DNA of 64,000 bases from Ascoidea asiatica JCM 7603 (taxonomy: Eukaryota; Fungi; Ascomycota). The translations under genes and the position numbers were made by a program. The stretch covers positions 262,600 through 326,599 of the forward strand of contig BCKQ01000006.1 of assembly GCA_001600695.1 (NCBI GenBank). Reading direction: 5' to 3'. The notes below the pieces were generated by a model. It ran no database searches and was not told the origin of the DNA. It saw only the letters and a list, made by a program, of their open reading frames with translations. Positions 45,292-56,451 of this stretch are shown piece by piece; within the stretch, counting starts at the first letter, position 1, and each line of letters begins with the position of its first letter.

Positions 45292-45709
45292 AAAAAATAA
45301 AAGTTTTCTGAATATATTCAGAGCAGAAACAAAAAAACAGAGTGATCTTCAGTCTTAGAAATAAGAAAATTTAACTAAGATATTGATAAAAAGATTAACA
45401 TATAGATTCAATAGTTTGTATTATATAAATTAATTTTTCATAGATTTTTATGCACATTTTTTTAATTTTTAATATAAACAATTTTAATTTTATTAAACAT
45501 TTAATAAAATTTTTGTTTAGATTAAATTTACAAACAACAAAAACAAAATTTCATTCATATAAATATCAGATAAGTTTTACAAAATACTGTCTATTTAAAA
45601 AGATTTAAAACCAATAAAGTTTTGAATATATATAAAGAAAAAAAAAAATATAAATAAACCCACGACCCATTAAATAAAAATTATATATTATTAAAAACGT
45701 TCATATTTT

Positions 45710-46384
45710 TCATTCTTCTTCACTTTCATCATCATTAGCTCCTGTGGAGCCAGCAGTTTTAGTAACTTCTTCTTCACTATCGTTAAGATCAAGAAGATCA
45801 TCCATTTCCTCATTCGTAAGTTTGGTTTCCTTGCTATCATCAGAAGAGTTTTTTGAAGAGCTTGCAACTGAAGGAGTAGGAGCAGGTGAAGATATTTTTC
45901 TTTTCTTCACCTGTACTTCATTTTCTACTTTAGGTTTTGTCTTTGCTTTGGTCTTTGATTGAGGTTTAGTCTCAGTTTCAGCACTGTCATGATGATTGTT
46001 ATTACTATTGACGGCAGCTTCATTATTTGAACCTGAATTTGAGCTGGAGCTTAAACTTGATTGAGAGCTAGAAAATCTAGAAAATTTCTTTCCAGATAAC
46101 TTTTCTAAAGCATCAGTTATTTGATCTTGTTGTTTCAATAAAGAAATCCAAACATCTTCAGATAATGAAATACCTTTTTTACCAGGTCTGTCTTCTCCAC
46201 TTGCTTTATCAGTATAATATTCTCTAATATCAACTAAATTATGTTCATTGAATTTTCTTACACTAACGCGCTTTCTTTTACCAACATCAAAGGTGTAAGT
46301 TGGACCAGAAGGAGCAGGAGATGAATTTTTTGATTCATTGCTGTTGTTGTTGTTATTATATTTTCTTTTCATTTTATAATACAT
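45710..46384 (-). CDS. SUB1: Transcriptional coactivator PC4/Sub1
   Basis: PC4 ssDNA-binding domain: FDVGKRKRVSVRKF..LVDIREYY..PGKKGISL..W. Confidence 0.95.
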   Translation of the reverse strand: MYYKMKRKYNNNNNSNESKNSSPAPSGPTYTFDVGKRKRVSVRKFNEHNLVDIREYYTDKASGEDRPGKKGISLSEDVWISLLKQQDQITDALEKLSGKKFSRFSSSQSSLSSSSNSGSNNEAAVNSNNNHHDSAETETKPQSKTKAKTKPKVENEVQVKKRKISSPAPTPSVASSSKNSSDDSKETKLTNEEMDDLLDLNDSEEEVTKTAGSTGANDDESEEE

Positions 46385-46938
46385 TTTGAATAGCTAGTTA
46401 TAAGTTTATTATAAATACAGAAGAAAAGTCCTGGAGAATATAAAGCAGACAATTGAGAGAAGGTTGGAGTAGGGAACTCGATACTTGATAAAAAATCAAT
46501 TAAATAATAGGATCTTTCATGAAAATAAATAAAAATGAAATACAATAAAGAACTTATTCAATTGAGATAATCTTGAATCAATGATTATTGCCAATGTGCT
46601 GAGCAGTTTGAATATTGCCCAAGCTCAGAATAAAATAAAATAAAATAAATACCAGAAAAGCGTCGCAGTTTCGAAATGGCAACAAGGTTAAGCAAGCGAA
46701 ATATCCGCATCGGCACATTGTTAAAGTAACTTCCGCGGGTTTCCAATCACGGATACAGTGACAAGTTATTTTAAAACTATCCGTATTTATGGAATTACCG
46801 CGGAAACAATGGTTTCTGCATGCGGTTCTTCCTTGAAATTATTTTGATTTATTGAAAACAATGTTTATTTGAGGAATATTGATTTAAATAAGAGAATATA
46901 TGAACGAAGAAAGAAACAAATAAAAGAAGAAATGAGTT

Positions 46939-48255
46939 TTAATTGGCTATATCCATTAGATTACGTGTTGTATCGTAAACAACAGAACCACCAGGGATGA
47001 AACTGATTCCAAAATCTACAATAGGTTCTAAAGTTTTAAAAACAGATCCCACATTTTTTAAAAAATTAGTTTCGCTGAATTCAATCCATTTTTTTTCAAT
47101 TATTTCTAAAGCATTTTCTCCAGATTGAAAAGATATTGCAGATTTATCTAAATCAATTTCAGTTTTCAAAAAATAAATATCTTTTGTAGGTCCAATTACC
47201 AATGATATGGAATAACTATTATTTCTTAAAACTATAATATACATTTTATTGAGTAATTTATTTGGAGAAGTTCTTCTGAATAAATCACTTAAAGCACCAG
47301 AAATATCACTAAAACTTATTTTAGAATTAAAATTTGAATTATTAATTTTAACTTTATAAAAAGTATCATTAACTCTTCCGAATAACCAATCACTTGTTGG
47401 ACTTGCATAACAATACCCTGCAATTTGTTGACCAACAAACCATAAACAATCATAAATATCTTGATTTAAAGGTAAATTATCAGAAAGATTTAAAATATTT
47501 ATAACATCAACTCGAATCGGTGATTCTGGATTTATATTTTTTGAAATTCTAGAGTTATCTTCAATTAAATTTCTAATATCTTGAAAATATATGGAATTAA
47601 TAATTGAAAAATCAGGCCCATTATTTTCTCCAAACCAAGGTAAATGGAGTGCTCTAGGTTTACCAACATTTAACATTGGATATCTTGGGTTTTGAAATTG
47701 AGTTGGAGATTTTAACGTTTTATTAGACCTACAACTATAACCACCTGTTAAACCTTGACAACCACTTTGAAATGAAATAATTGCTGGATGTTGATCATAT
47801 TTAGGATAATCTAATTTCCATAAATCTTTATTTAATGAAATTCCAACACTACAAGTAGTTGAATGATTTTTATTTTTAAGTTTTAAAAAAAAAGTTTTAT
47901 TCATCATACCATTATAAGTTTTAGTTCTATAATAAAGATCCATTAAAGCTCCAGAAATAGTTTTAATAAAATATGTATCTGAAAGTTGTGGATTTAAAAT
48001 CCATAAATGATAATAAAAATTATTAACTCTACCACATACAACACCTTGATTTAATAAATTCATATAACCTGAAATATGTTCACCAATTGCCCAGATTGTT
48101 TTATAAAATAATTCATTTTGAGGAACACTTTTCTCCGATAAAAATACATCAGTAATTTCAACAGTGAATGGTAATTTGGAAGTGATTCCTTTTCTTACTG
48201 GGTATTGAAAAAGAAGACTTTTGACATCATCATCAGAAATTCTTGGTTCATTCAT
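46939..48255 (-). CDS. Orphan 438-aa protein composed of two diverged copies of a ~160-aa domain
   Basis: Internal repeat with an offset of ~217 aa, sharing W..G..I.GY, GRVN..Y, ISGAL.DL..RT and ISFQSG. Confidence 0.85.
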   Translation of the reverse strand: MNEPRISDDDVKSLLFQYPVRKGITSKLPFTVEITDVFLSEKSVPQNELFYKTIWAIGEHISGYMNLLNQGVVCGRVNNFYYHLWILNPQLSDTYFIKTISGALMDLYYRTKTYNGMMNKTFFLKLKNKNHSTTCSVGISLNKDLWKLDYPKYDQHPAIISFQSGCQGLTGGYSCRSNKTLKSPTQFQNPRYPMLNVGKPRALHLPWFGENNGPDFSIINSIYFQDIRNLIEDNSRISKNINPESPIRVDVINILNLSDNLPLNQDIYDCLWFVGQQIAGYCYASPTSDWLFGRVNDTFYKVKINNSNFNSKISFSDISGALSDLFRRTSPNKLLNKMYIIVLRNNSYSISLVIGPTKDIYFLKTEIDLDKSAISFQSGENALEIIEKKWIEFSETNFLKNVGSVFKTLEPIVDFGISFIPGGSVVYDTTRNLMDIAN

Positions 48256-48749
48256 GATTGATAATTTTCTTTTAAAGAAATCACATCAACTATGATAAAG
48301 CTTATTTGATTCAATTTTCTTGAAAATGGTATCTAAAATAATAAAGAGTAAAAAAAAAAAGGTTTTAGAAGTATTTTTTAGTGAAGAAGTAAAGTCGAAA
48401 AACAGATTTATTTTAATAGATTATTATCTATTATATCTCATTTTAGGATATCATATATCATAAATATCTATCAATATATAAAAATGAACAAACAGAGATA
48501 TCCTACTCAAATCTTGTAAGGTAGCTCAGCCATTTTTTGGATAAACTTTCATAGCCTCAATAAATCGAAGAAATCAAATATCTGCCTAGCTTTACTAAAT
48601 CCAAAGTAAGAATGATTGAATCTATTGATTTTGAAGCAAATAAAAATTGATCATTAATTTAAAGGAATTATATAAATTTAATTCAAATTGGGTTGGTTAA
48701 ATTGTTAATGAACTTCTAATAGTGCTGATAATGAGAAGTTAAATACTCA

Positions 48750-49427
48750 ATGCCAGCAGTGCCTCCATCAAGGAACCTAAGTGATCACCTGACAAAAGAG
48801 AGACAACTACTCTTTTTGAAACACATTTATAACTACAGAAAAGAATATGATAAGAGAGTTAAAAGAAATGAAAAATGTTTATTAACTATGAAAAAAAAAT
48901 CACTACAGCATTTAAAAACTTGTCAGACTGCCATTGTTATCCATCCAAATAATTACTCCTTCCGAAAAAGTATGTAATATTGGATTGAAATCATTGCTCC
49001 TTTCTCAAAATATCAACTTAATTGGATATCTTTACAAACGAAAGGCAAATTGAAACAAGATATCCAGACCAACAAAGGATCACAGATAAACTAATTGAAA
49101 TTCTCATTCAATGGATACAATGGTTTTCATCTCATCATCCAAGTTGGATTTGATGGCTCTTTTGAAGAATCAAAGAGAGACGTGACCTATAGAAATGATC
49201 CTACTATTGAATTTGTTAGTAATGCTGACATCTTTATTTTTGTATTTAATAATATAAATATTGAATTTCTTAAACCATATGGTAAGCTACTTACTGAAGT
49301 ACGTCGACAAAGAAAAAAAAAGGGAAATAAATCTATAAAAAAGATGGAAATTGCTGTGCTTTTATACCGCCAGAGAACTGACCTACGCCAGGCTTGCAAC
49401 AAAGATTCAATTCCAACTCTTCAATGA
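48750..49427 (+). pseudogene. Possible pseudogene: a 226-codon frame interrupted by only two TAA stops
   Basis: ORFs 48750-48977 and 49095-49427 share a frame and the stretch between them is open. Stops are at 48975-48977 and 49092-49094. Confidence 0.4.
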
Positions 49428-49431
49428 GTTG

Positions 49432-49722
49432 TTACCCGGGCCTTCTTCTTTTGTCTGGCTTTGAAACACCTTTTTAGGTCTCGGTTCTCGGATATTAATC
49501 CGACAACACGGCTATTTCAAACCGGACATTAAAATCAGCCACATTTATAAAAAAATACTACGCCTCAATTTTATTTTTTTTGGATTGTGGAAAGTGGTTG
49601 CTATTTTGTCGCCAGATTTGTGGATATTAAATTATGCACACAATAAGCACGCTTTACTGCACATGCCTCACCTTGTCAAATTTTTTTTTGAATTTTTTTT
49701 TTTTTTTGGAACTTGAAAAATT
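49432..49722 (+). promoter_or_regulatory. Reb1 site, poly(dT) tracts and an RRPE-like element upstream of MRT4
   Basis: TTACCCGG at 49432-49439; poly-T at 49680-49707; TGAAAAATT at 49714-49722. This architecture is typical of ribosome-biogenesis promoters. Confidence 0.6.
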
Positions 49723-49886
49723 ATTTCAAAAAACTTTGTTTACAGAGAAAATAGACAAGATAATTTCATAATAATTTCATCATAATAATTTATTAGTTAT
49801 ATTGGTTTTTGGCATTCATATTTATATTCTAAATAACTTATAATCCTTTATTTTTATCATCTTAACTTATATATAATAATATCATA

Positions 49887-50636
49887 ATGGCTAGATCAAA
49901 ACGTTCAAAACTTGTTACTTTATCCAAAACTGAAAAAAAAGGTCGTGAAAATAAAGAAAGAATATTTGATAGTATTAGATCATCTTTAGATAAATTTAAT
50001 TATGTTTGGGTATTACATTTAGATGGTGTAAGAACACCAATTTTACAATCAATAAGATCTGATTGGACTGGTTCTAAGATTATTTTAGGTAAAACAAAAA
50101 TTTTAAGAAAATCTTTAGGTAATAGTCCAAATGAAGAATATTTAGAAAATTTATTTAAATTAAGTAAAAAAATTATTGGAACTTCAGGTTTATTATTCAC
50201 TAATGAACAACCAAATGTTGTTATAAATTATTTTAAAGCTTTTATTAAATCTGATTTTGCAAGATTAAATACAAAATCTCCAATTTCATTTACTATACCT
50301 TCTGGAATTATATATTCAACTGGTGGTAATTTATCACAAGATGAAGATATTCCAATTTCTCATTCTTTAGAACCAACTTTAAGAAATAAATTTAAAATTC
50401 CAACAAGAATTATAAATGGTAAAGTTGTCATAGAAAATGATTTTAAAGTTTGTGAAAAAGGTGAAAAATTAGATGTTATAAAATCTTTAATATTAAAACA
50501 ATTTGGTATTGCATGTGCTCAATTTCAAGTTAAAATTGAAGTATACTATGATAAATTAAAAAGTATAGTTAATACTGTTGATGTTAATTTAAATAAAGAA
50601 GAATCAATAGAAGAAAAAGATTCAGAAATGAGTTAG
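49887..50636 (+). CDS. MRT4: Ribosome assembly factor Mrt4 (P0 paralogue)
   Basis: MARSKRSKLVTLSKTEKKGRENKERIF..., GLLFTNE, HSLEPTLRNK, LILKQFGIA. Confidence 0.97.
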   Translation: MARSKRSKLVTLSKTEKKGRENKERIFDSIRSSLDKFNYVWVLHLDGVRTPILQSIRSDWTGSKIILGKTKILRKSLGNSPNEEYLENLFKLSKKIIGTSGLLFTNEQPNVVINYFKAFIKSDFARLNTKSPISFTIPSGIIYSTGGNLSQDEDIPISHSLEPTLRNKFKIPTRIINGKVVIENDFKVCEKGEKLDVIKSLILKQFGIACAQFQVKIEVYYDKLKSIVNTVDVNLNKEESIEEKDSEMS

Positions 50637-50866
50637 TTTTTTTAAAATACTAAATTAAAATTAAAGCAAAAAAAAAAATAATAATAAAAGATAAGTGGAT
50701 TCAAAATTTGAAATTCACATTTGGATCTGTGTAATATGTGTAAACATGTGAATTATATATATATATAAATATACATTATATACTATGAACTAATTATGTA
50801 ATGTCAATATTTAAAATGAATATAAGCGTCATTTATACTATCATCATATTATCTTAATGATTATAA

Positions 50867-51928
50867 TTATAAATCAGAAGGAATGTCATGATCAATTCCA
50901 CTTTCCCAAGTTTCATTAAGATGATCACCTAAAAGTGTTTGAAATTCAATAAATAAATCTTTATCCTTTTGATAAATTTCATCATTTTGAGAATCCCAAT
51001 ATGCTTTCACAGCTAATTTTAATTCATTTTCATTACTTACTCCAATAATTGTTGGACCTTTATTTGACCATTTTCTAATTGCAAATCTTGTTGATAAATC
51101 TGCAATATCAATATCATATTTTTTTTTAAAAATTTTTGCAATTTCATCAACTTTATTTCTTAATTCTTTTGAAGCAGGATGAAAAGATTTCGTTGCTTGA
51201 CATGTTAATAATGACATTGATAATATAGATGCATTAAATACAATAGTTTTGGAATTTAATGATTTAATTTTATTATAATATGAATCTAAAGTCATATTTT
51301 GTAAACACATATTTGAATATGATAAAATTGAATCTAAATGTTCATTATAAGTTTGAAAAAATTTGAAATTTATAAAATTTAAAAAATTAACTGGATATCC
51401 AGAAATACCAAAATTTTTTATGATTCCAATTTTTTTTAAATCTGATAATTTTTTTAATGCAAGTAAAATTTCTTCAATTCTATTAAATTCAATATCATGT
51501 AAATGAACTAAATCTAAATAATTTGTATCTAATCTATTTAAAGATCTTTTAATTGAAGTTTCAATCCAATTTGGATCATAATTAAACTCATTTAACTGAA
51601 TTCTACCAACTTTTGTAAATAAAAAATAATTATTTCTTGAATAAAGTTCTGGATTTTCAATTTTTAATGCTTTTAAATTTGAACCAAGTAAAATCTCAGA
51701 AGGTCCATAATATGGTGAAGTATCAAGTGCAATTATACCTAATTTAAAAGCAGTTTTTATAATATTTTTAATATTTAAACTTTCTGGATCATTATTATAT
51801 TGATGATTGAATACAGCACCTCCAAGAATTAAATTTGGTAAATTTTTTAAATCTGATGAATTTTTCAAATTTAATTCACTTCTTTTTGTTGGACCAATTG
51901 GTTTTAAATTAGATAAATTTGAGGTCAT
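50867..51928 (-). CDS. ARA2: NAD-dependent D-arabinose dehydrogenase (aldo-keto reductase)
   Basis: LILGGAVFNHQY..DPES, DTSPYYGPSE, TKVGR, YLDLVHLHDIEF, FGISGYP and C-terminal NETWESG. Confidence 0.9.
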   Translation of the reverse strand: MTSNLSNLKPIGPTKRSELNLKNSSDLKNLPNLILGGAVFNHQYNNDPESLNIKNIIKTAFKLGIIALDTSPYYGPSEILLGSNLKALKIENPELYSRNNYFLFTKVGRIQLNEFNYDPNWIETSIKRSLNRLDTNYLDLVHLHDIEFNRIEEILLALKKLSDLKKIGIIKNFGISGYPVNFLNFINFKFFQTYNEHLDSILSYSNMCLQNMTLDSYYNKIKSLNSKTIVFNASILSMSLLTCQATKSFHPASKELRNKVDEIAKIFKKKYDIDIADLSTRFAIRKWSNKGPTIIGVSNENELKLAVKAYWDSQNDEIYQKDKDLFIEFQTLLGDHLNETWESGIDHDIPSDL

Positions 51929-52357
51929 ATTGATAAAAAAATGATAATATTGAAAAAAAAAAATAATTCACAATTCAATTTTCACTGAAAAATGTTTTAA
52001 AAGTAAGACAATTTGAAAATAATTATATAATTGAGGATTATGAAAACAGATTAAAGATTATAAGCTAATTATTAAATTTTAGAATATTGATTATAAATTA
52101 GAAACTTGGAAATTAGAACAATAAACTAACCAATATCAAAAACTAAACGAATAAAAATCGACTTTATCGAGAAGAAGTGAATTGCTCGAGTAAACTTGTA
52201 ATAGTTCACACTTAACAATACTTATTAATACTGTCTGTTCAATATGTCTCGAGCAACCCGGAAAGTGATATCCGTGCTCAAAATGTGATTTCCATGGGAC
52301 ATAATGAAAAAGAACCACTACCAATTAAACGGGGGAATTCGTTTTTTTGGTTTCGGT

Positions 52358-52486
52358 AGTTTATCCGATACTCTGGAAGATTATCCGAATAGCCCCTCGT
52401 TGAGACCCCAAAAAAAACCCCGTGCCAGGCCCTGGATTAAGCGATAGACCTCGTTTAAATTTTTATCCGATTACGGTCCTGGATAA
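52358..52486. promoter_or_regulatory. Triple TTATCCGA motif in the divergent ARA2/hydrolase promoter
   Basis: TTATCCGA at 52361, 52381 and 52463, plus an inverted TGGATAA at 52480. Confidence 0.6.
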
Positions 52487-53047
52487 AGTTTAGCTTCAAG
52501 GTCACAGGGTGTATTTATAAAACCAGTTTCTTGGTACTTGTTATTTTAACAATCAAAACAGCTGTGACTTGCCTATGAAACTGCAATAACTACCATTTTC
52601 TGCTCATAAACTGGGGAATAAATTATCCTTGACCTATCAAGATATCAATGCAATTAGACAATTCAATCCTCTGGAACCTTATGATTTTATTCTGATTTAT
52701 TAAATAGTAGAATTCTGACATATTTTATTTCAGATTTTTTTAAAAATAAAACTTCTGTATTAAGCCAACTTTATGATTTGCTGTATCATATTATTTAAAT
52801 TCAATCAGTGAAGCTTCTTTCTTACTAGCTTTTTTACAATTTGTTCGCTACTCGTTTTCCTTCACCGTTAATTAAAGTTTTCTCTTATTGATATTATTTT
52901 TATTTATCAACTGGCGTGTTTTATTGTTTGATTATTCAATTGTTCAATTCCAAAAACTATTTATTTCCTTTTTTATATTTAAAATCATTAATATCATTGA
53001 AATATAACTTCAAGACTCAATTCAATTCGATTATTATTTATTTAAAA

Positions 53048-55171
53048 ATGGTTTTCAATGTCAAAGATTCAGAAACTGCTCATATTATCCAATCGGATGA
53101 TGAAACTCCTTTCAAAATTACAAAACTTGAAGATGTTATCATCCCAATGAAAGATGGAACTAAATTATTTGCTCATATTTGGTTACCAATCAATGCAACA
53201 ACCTCAAACTTAAAAGTTGGAGCATTAGTGGAATATATTCCATATAGAAAAAATGATTTCACTGCTATTAGAGATTCTATAAGACATCCAACTTTTGCTT
53301 CTCATGGATTTGCTTCAATGAGAATAGACATGAGAGGTTGTGGAGATTCAGAAAGTTCTTTAGATGATGAATATTTAAAACAAGAACAAGATGATTGTAT
53401 TGAAATTTATGATTGGATTATTTCTCAATCTTGGTCAAATGGTAATATTGGACAATTTGGTAAATCTTGGGGTGGTTTTAATTCTTTGCAATTAGCAGCA
53501 AGGCAACATCCTGCTTTAAAAACAATTATAACTTTAATGTCAACAGATGATAGATATTCTGATGATGTTCATTATAGAGGTGGTACTATTCTTGCATCCG
53601 ATATGTTATGGTGGGCTTCAACAATGTTTGTATATAATGGTCGTCCAAGAGATCCACAAATTGTGGGAAATGATAATTGGAGAGAAAATTGGTTTAGAAG
53701 ATTAAATACAATTCCAAATATTATTCCATGGTTAAGTCATCAAACAAGAGATGAATATTGGAAACATGGTTCAATTTGTGAAAATAATTATCAAGATGTT
53801 AAAATTCCTGTTCTTGCAATTGGAGGTTGGAGAGATGGTTATACTAATCCAGTTTTAAGAATGATGGCAAACTTACCAAATACTGAATCAAAAGCTATAA
53901 TTGGTCCTTGGGTTCATGAATATCCTGAAGTTGCAACTCCTGGCCCAGGAATTGGGTTTCAACAAGTTGCAATCAGTTGGTTTAATAAATATTTATGTAA
54001 TAATAATGATGGATTGACTGATAAATTTTCAAAATTAACTGCTTATATTCAAGAACCTTCTTCAATTAAATATTCTTACATTGCAAGAGATGGAAAATGG
54101 GCTTCTCTTCCATTTCCAATAAAAAATTCAGGCCAAACAACAAAAACTTTATCTTATTATTTGAGTAATGATAATAAATTATCTAAAAATTCTTCATCAA
54201 GTCAAGAAATAGAATTTTCAGGGGCTCAAGAATATGGATTATTTAGAGGTACTTGGTGTCCATTTGGTCAAGAAGGAGATTTACCAGCAGATCAAAAAAT
54301 TGAGGATTCAAAATCTTTAACTTTTGACTCTGAAATTCTCCAAGAAGATGTCGAATTCCTCGGATTTCCTGAATTGAAAGCAACAATATCTTCAGATAAA
54401 CCAAATGCTTTCCTTTCTGTTAGATTAATTGATTTATATCCACCTGTGGATGGCAAAAGTGAAAATATTTTAATTTCTTGGGGTATTTTGAATTTATCTC
54501 ATAGAAATTCTCATGAATTTCCTGAACTTTTGATTCCTGGAAAGAAATATAGCATTTCAATTAAAATGGATTCTCTTGGTATTAAACTCAAAAAAGGTCA
54601 TAAATTAAGAGTAGCTTTATCTCCTACAGATTGGCCTCAGGCCTGGCCCTTAGCCGAAACTCCAAAATTAACATTGTATCCATGTGAAGAAACAAAATTA
54701 ATATTACCAGTTGTCACTTCTGATGATTATAAAGAAGTTGAATTCCCACCTCCAATGTATTACAAATGTTGTGAAAGAGATATAATGCGAAAAGAGAAAA
54801 GAACTAGAAATTTTATTTATGATAGTATTAATAATACTTGGACCATTGATGACTTTTCAGACGAAGGATCAAGAAGATTACCAACCATTGGCTCTGCAAA
54901 TGGTATTGAGATGGGTTCTTGGAATAAAAACTTATGGAAAATAAAAGAAAATGATCCTCTAAGCGCTTATAACCAATGTGACTGGGAAATGACTGTTGGC
55001 AGAGGCAAATGGCAAACAAAATTGTTGAGTACGAGTAATATGAAAGGAGATAAAGATAACTTTTTCTTGTACAATAAATTAACTGCTTATGAAAATGATG
55101 AAAAAACAGATGAAATGAAGGAAGTTTTTAGTAAGGTTTGGGAAAATACAATACCTAGAAACTTTGTTTAA
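53048..55171 (+). CDS. CocE/NonD family alpha/beta hydrolase (peptidase S15 / X-Pro dipeptidyl-peptidase-like), 707 aa
   Basis: IPMKDGTKL.A.IWLP, EYIPYRK, DMRGCGDSE, nucleophile GKSWGG, GGWRDGY, IGPWVH and a PepX-type C-terminal domain. The first ATG is at 53048; the track start is a GTG. Confidence 0.92.
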   Translation: MVFNVKDSETAHIIQSDDETPFKITKLEDVIIPMKDGTKLFAHIWLPINATTSNLKVGALVEYIPYRKNDFTAIRDSIRHPTFASHGFASMRIDMRGCGDSESSLDDEYLKQEQDDCIEIYDWIISQSWSNGNIGQFGKSWGGFNSLQLAARQHPALKTIITLMSTDDRYSDDVHYRGGTILASDMLWWASTMFVYNGRPRDPQIVGNDNWRENWFRRLNTIPNIIPWLSHQTRDEYWKHGSICENNYQDVKIPVLAIGGWRDGYTNPVLRMMANLPNTESKAIIGPWVHEYPEVATPGPGIGFQQVAISWFNKYLCNNNDGLTDKFSKLTAYIQEPSSIKYSYIARDGKWASLPFPIKNSGQTTKTLSYYLSNDNKLSKNSSSSQEIEFSGAQEYGLFRGTWCPFGQEGDLPADQKIEDSKSLTFDSEILQEDVEFLGFPELKATISSDKPNAFLSVRLIDLYPPVDGKSENILISWGILNLSHRNSHEFPELLIPGKKYSISIKMDSLGIKLKKGHKLRVALSPTDWPQAWPLAETPKLTLYPCEETKLILPVVTSDDYKEVEFPPPMYYKCCERDIMRKEKRTRNFIYDSINNTWTIDDFSDEGSRRLPTIGSANGIEMGSWNKNLWKIKENDPLSAYNQCDWEMTVGRGKWQTKLLSTSNMKGDKDNFFLYNKLTAYENDEKTDEMKEVFSKVWENTIPRNFV

Positions 55172-56451
55172 TATTAGTAATCGAGTAAACTGAATTAATG
55201 TTTCATTTTTATAAAAGAAACATTTGATTGTTATATTTATATAAACTTACAATTTTTTGAATATATATCCTTACAGAAAATAACTACCAGAGTCTATTTA
55301 AAAGTTTTGATTATTTGCTTGACTCACTTTATGGATGATAACTTTCGTTGAATGAATTGAATTTAAACGTTTTTCATAAAACAAAATGAAGAGGGCAAGC
55401 TTTGCAAGATCATTTGTTTGTAAAACCTCAAGTTTACTGCAGAACTTCTTTTCTATTTTTATTGATGTATCTTTAAGTTCAAGACTGTTTCAATCTAAAA
55501 TCATTAAAAGCATTCAAACAAGGCATTACAGCGAAGCATTGTATGCAGTATTGAAATAAAATCATACAGCTTCAGTAGTTGCTATTTATTCGAAGTCACT
55601 TTCGTTCGTTTTATACTTACGATTATTGAAGTTTATTAGCTTCAATTGACTTCGACCCTGTTTTTGATTTTGAGAAAAGATAGTCTTCCTGTTATCAATT
55701 GTACTTCCATTTTATCGGGATTTAAGGATCAAGATTATCGGATTAAAACCAATTGGTCAATAAGGTTTAGGGTACCCAATACAAGTGATTAGTGTCTGAA
55801 ATGTATATATTATGAAGAGATTTCAAAAAGAATAAACATCTAATAATTATCCTATATGTTTTGGAGAAATTTAAGATTCAACATTTCAGTTGTATATTAT
55901 ATCATCAAAGCACAACATATTTTAACCAGAGGAGTCAAGTATTTGAAGCAAACCAGACTGAATTTAGTTTAACCTTCTCAAAAATTCTTTAATAATACAA
56001 AAATTCAATAAAAAAAAGTATCGTCATTGAAAATAAACATAATTGGAAACAAAAAAGTAATAAAATGGATTGTTTAGTAAATGTAGTACTGGATAAGATA
56101 AATCGATCGGGAACTGATAAAAAAATTTGATTGGTGATTCTTTTTCTCAGCCCAGATTTTACTTTTCATAATATTGGTATGGATGAATTTTAATTTGTTC
56201 TTATCATTATGATGATTCCTCATACCTTAAGATAAAAAATAATTATATTTATTCTAAGAGGATTTTTAACATACTGTATAGTGTCTGTTATTCAGAGATA
56301 AAAATCTTTGTTGATTGAGAGTGTTTGAGTACTGTTTAAAGGGGAAAATCATATATATATTTGAGTTCTTCCTGTGAAAACATAAAACTTTAGAGCTTTC
56401 TTTTCTTTTCTTTTCTTTTGTTATATCCTCAGAGATTTGAATGAAAGCAAT

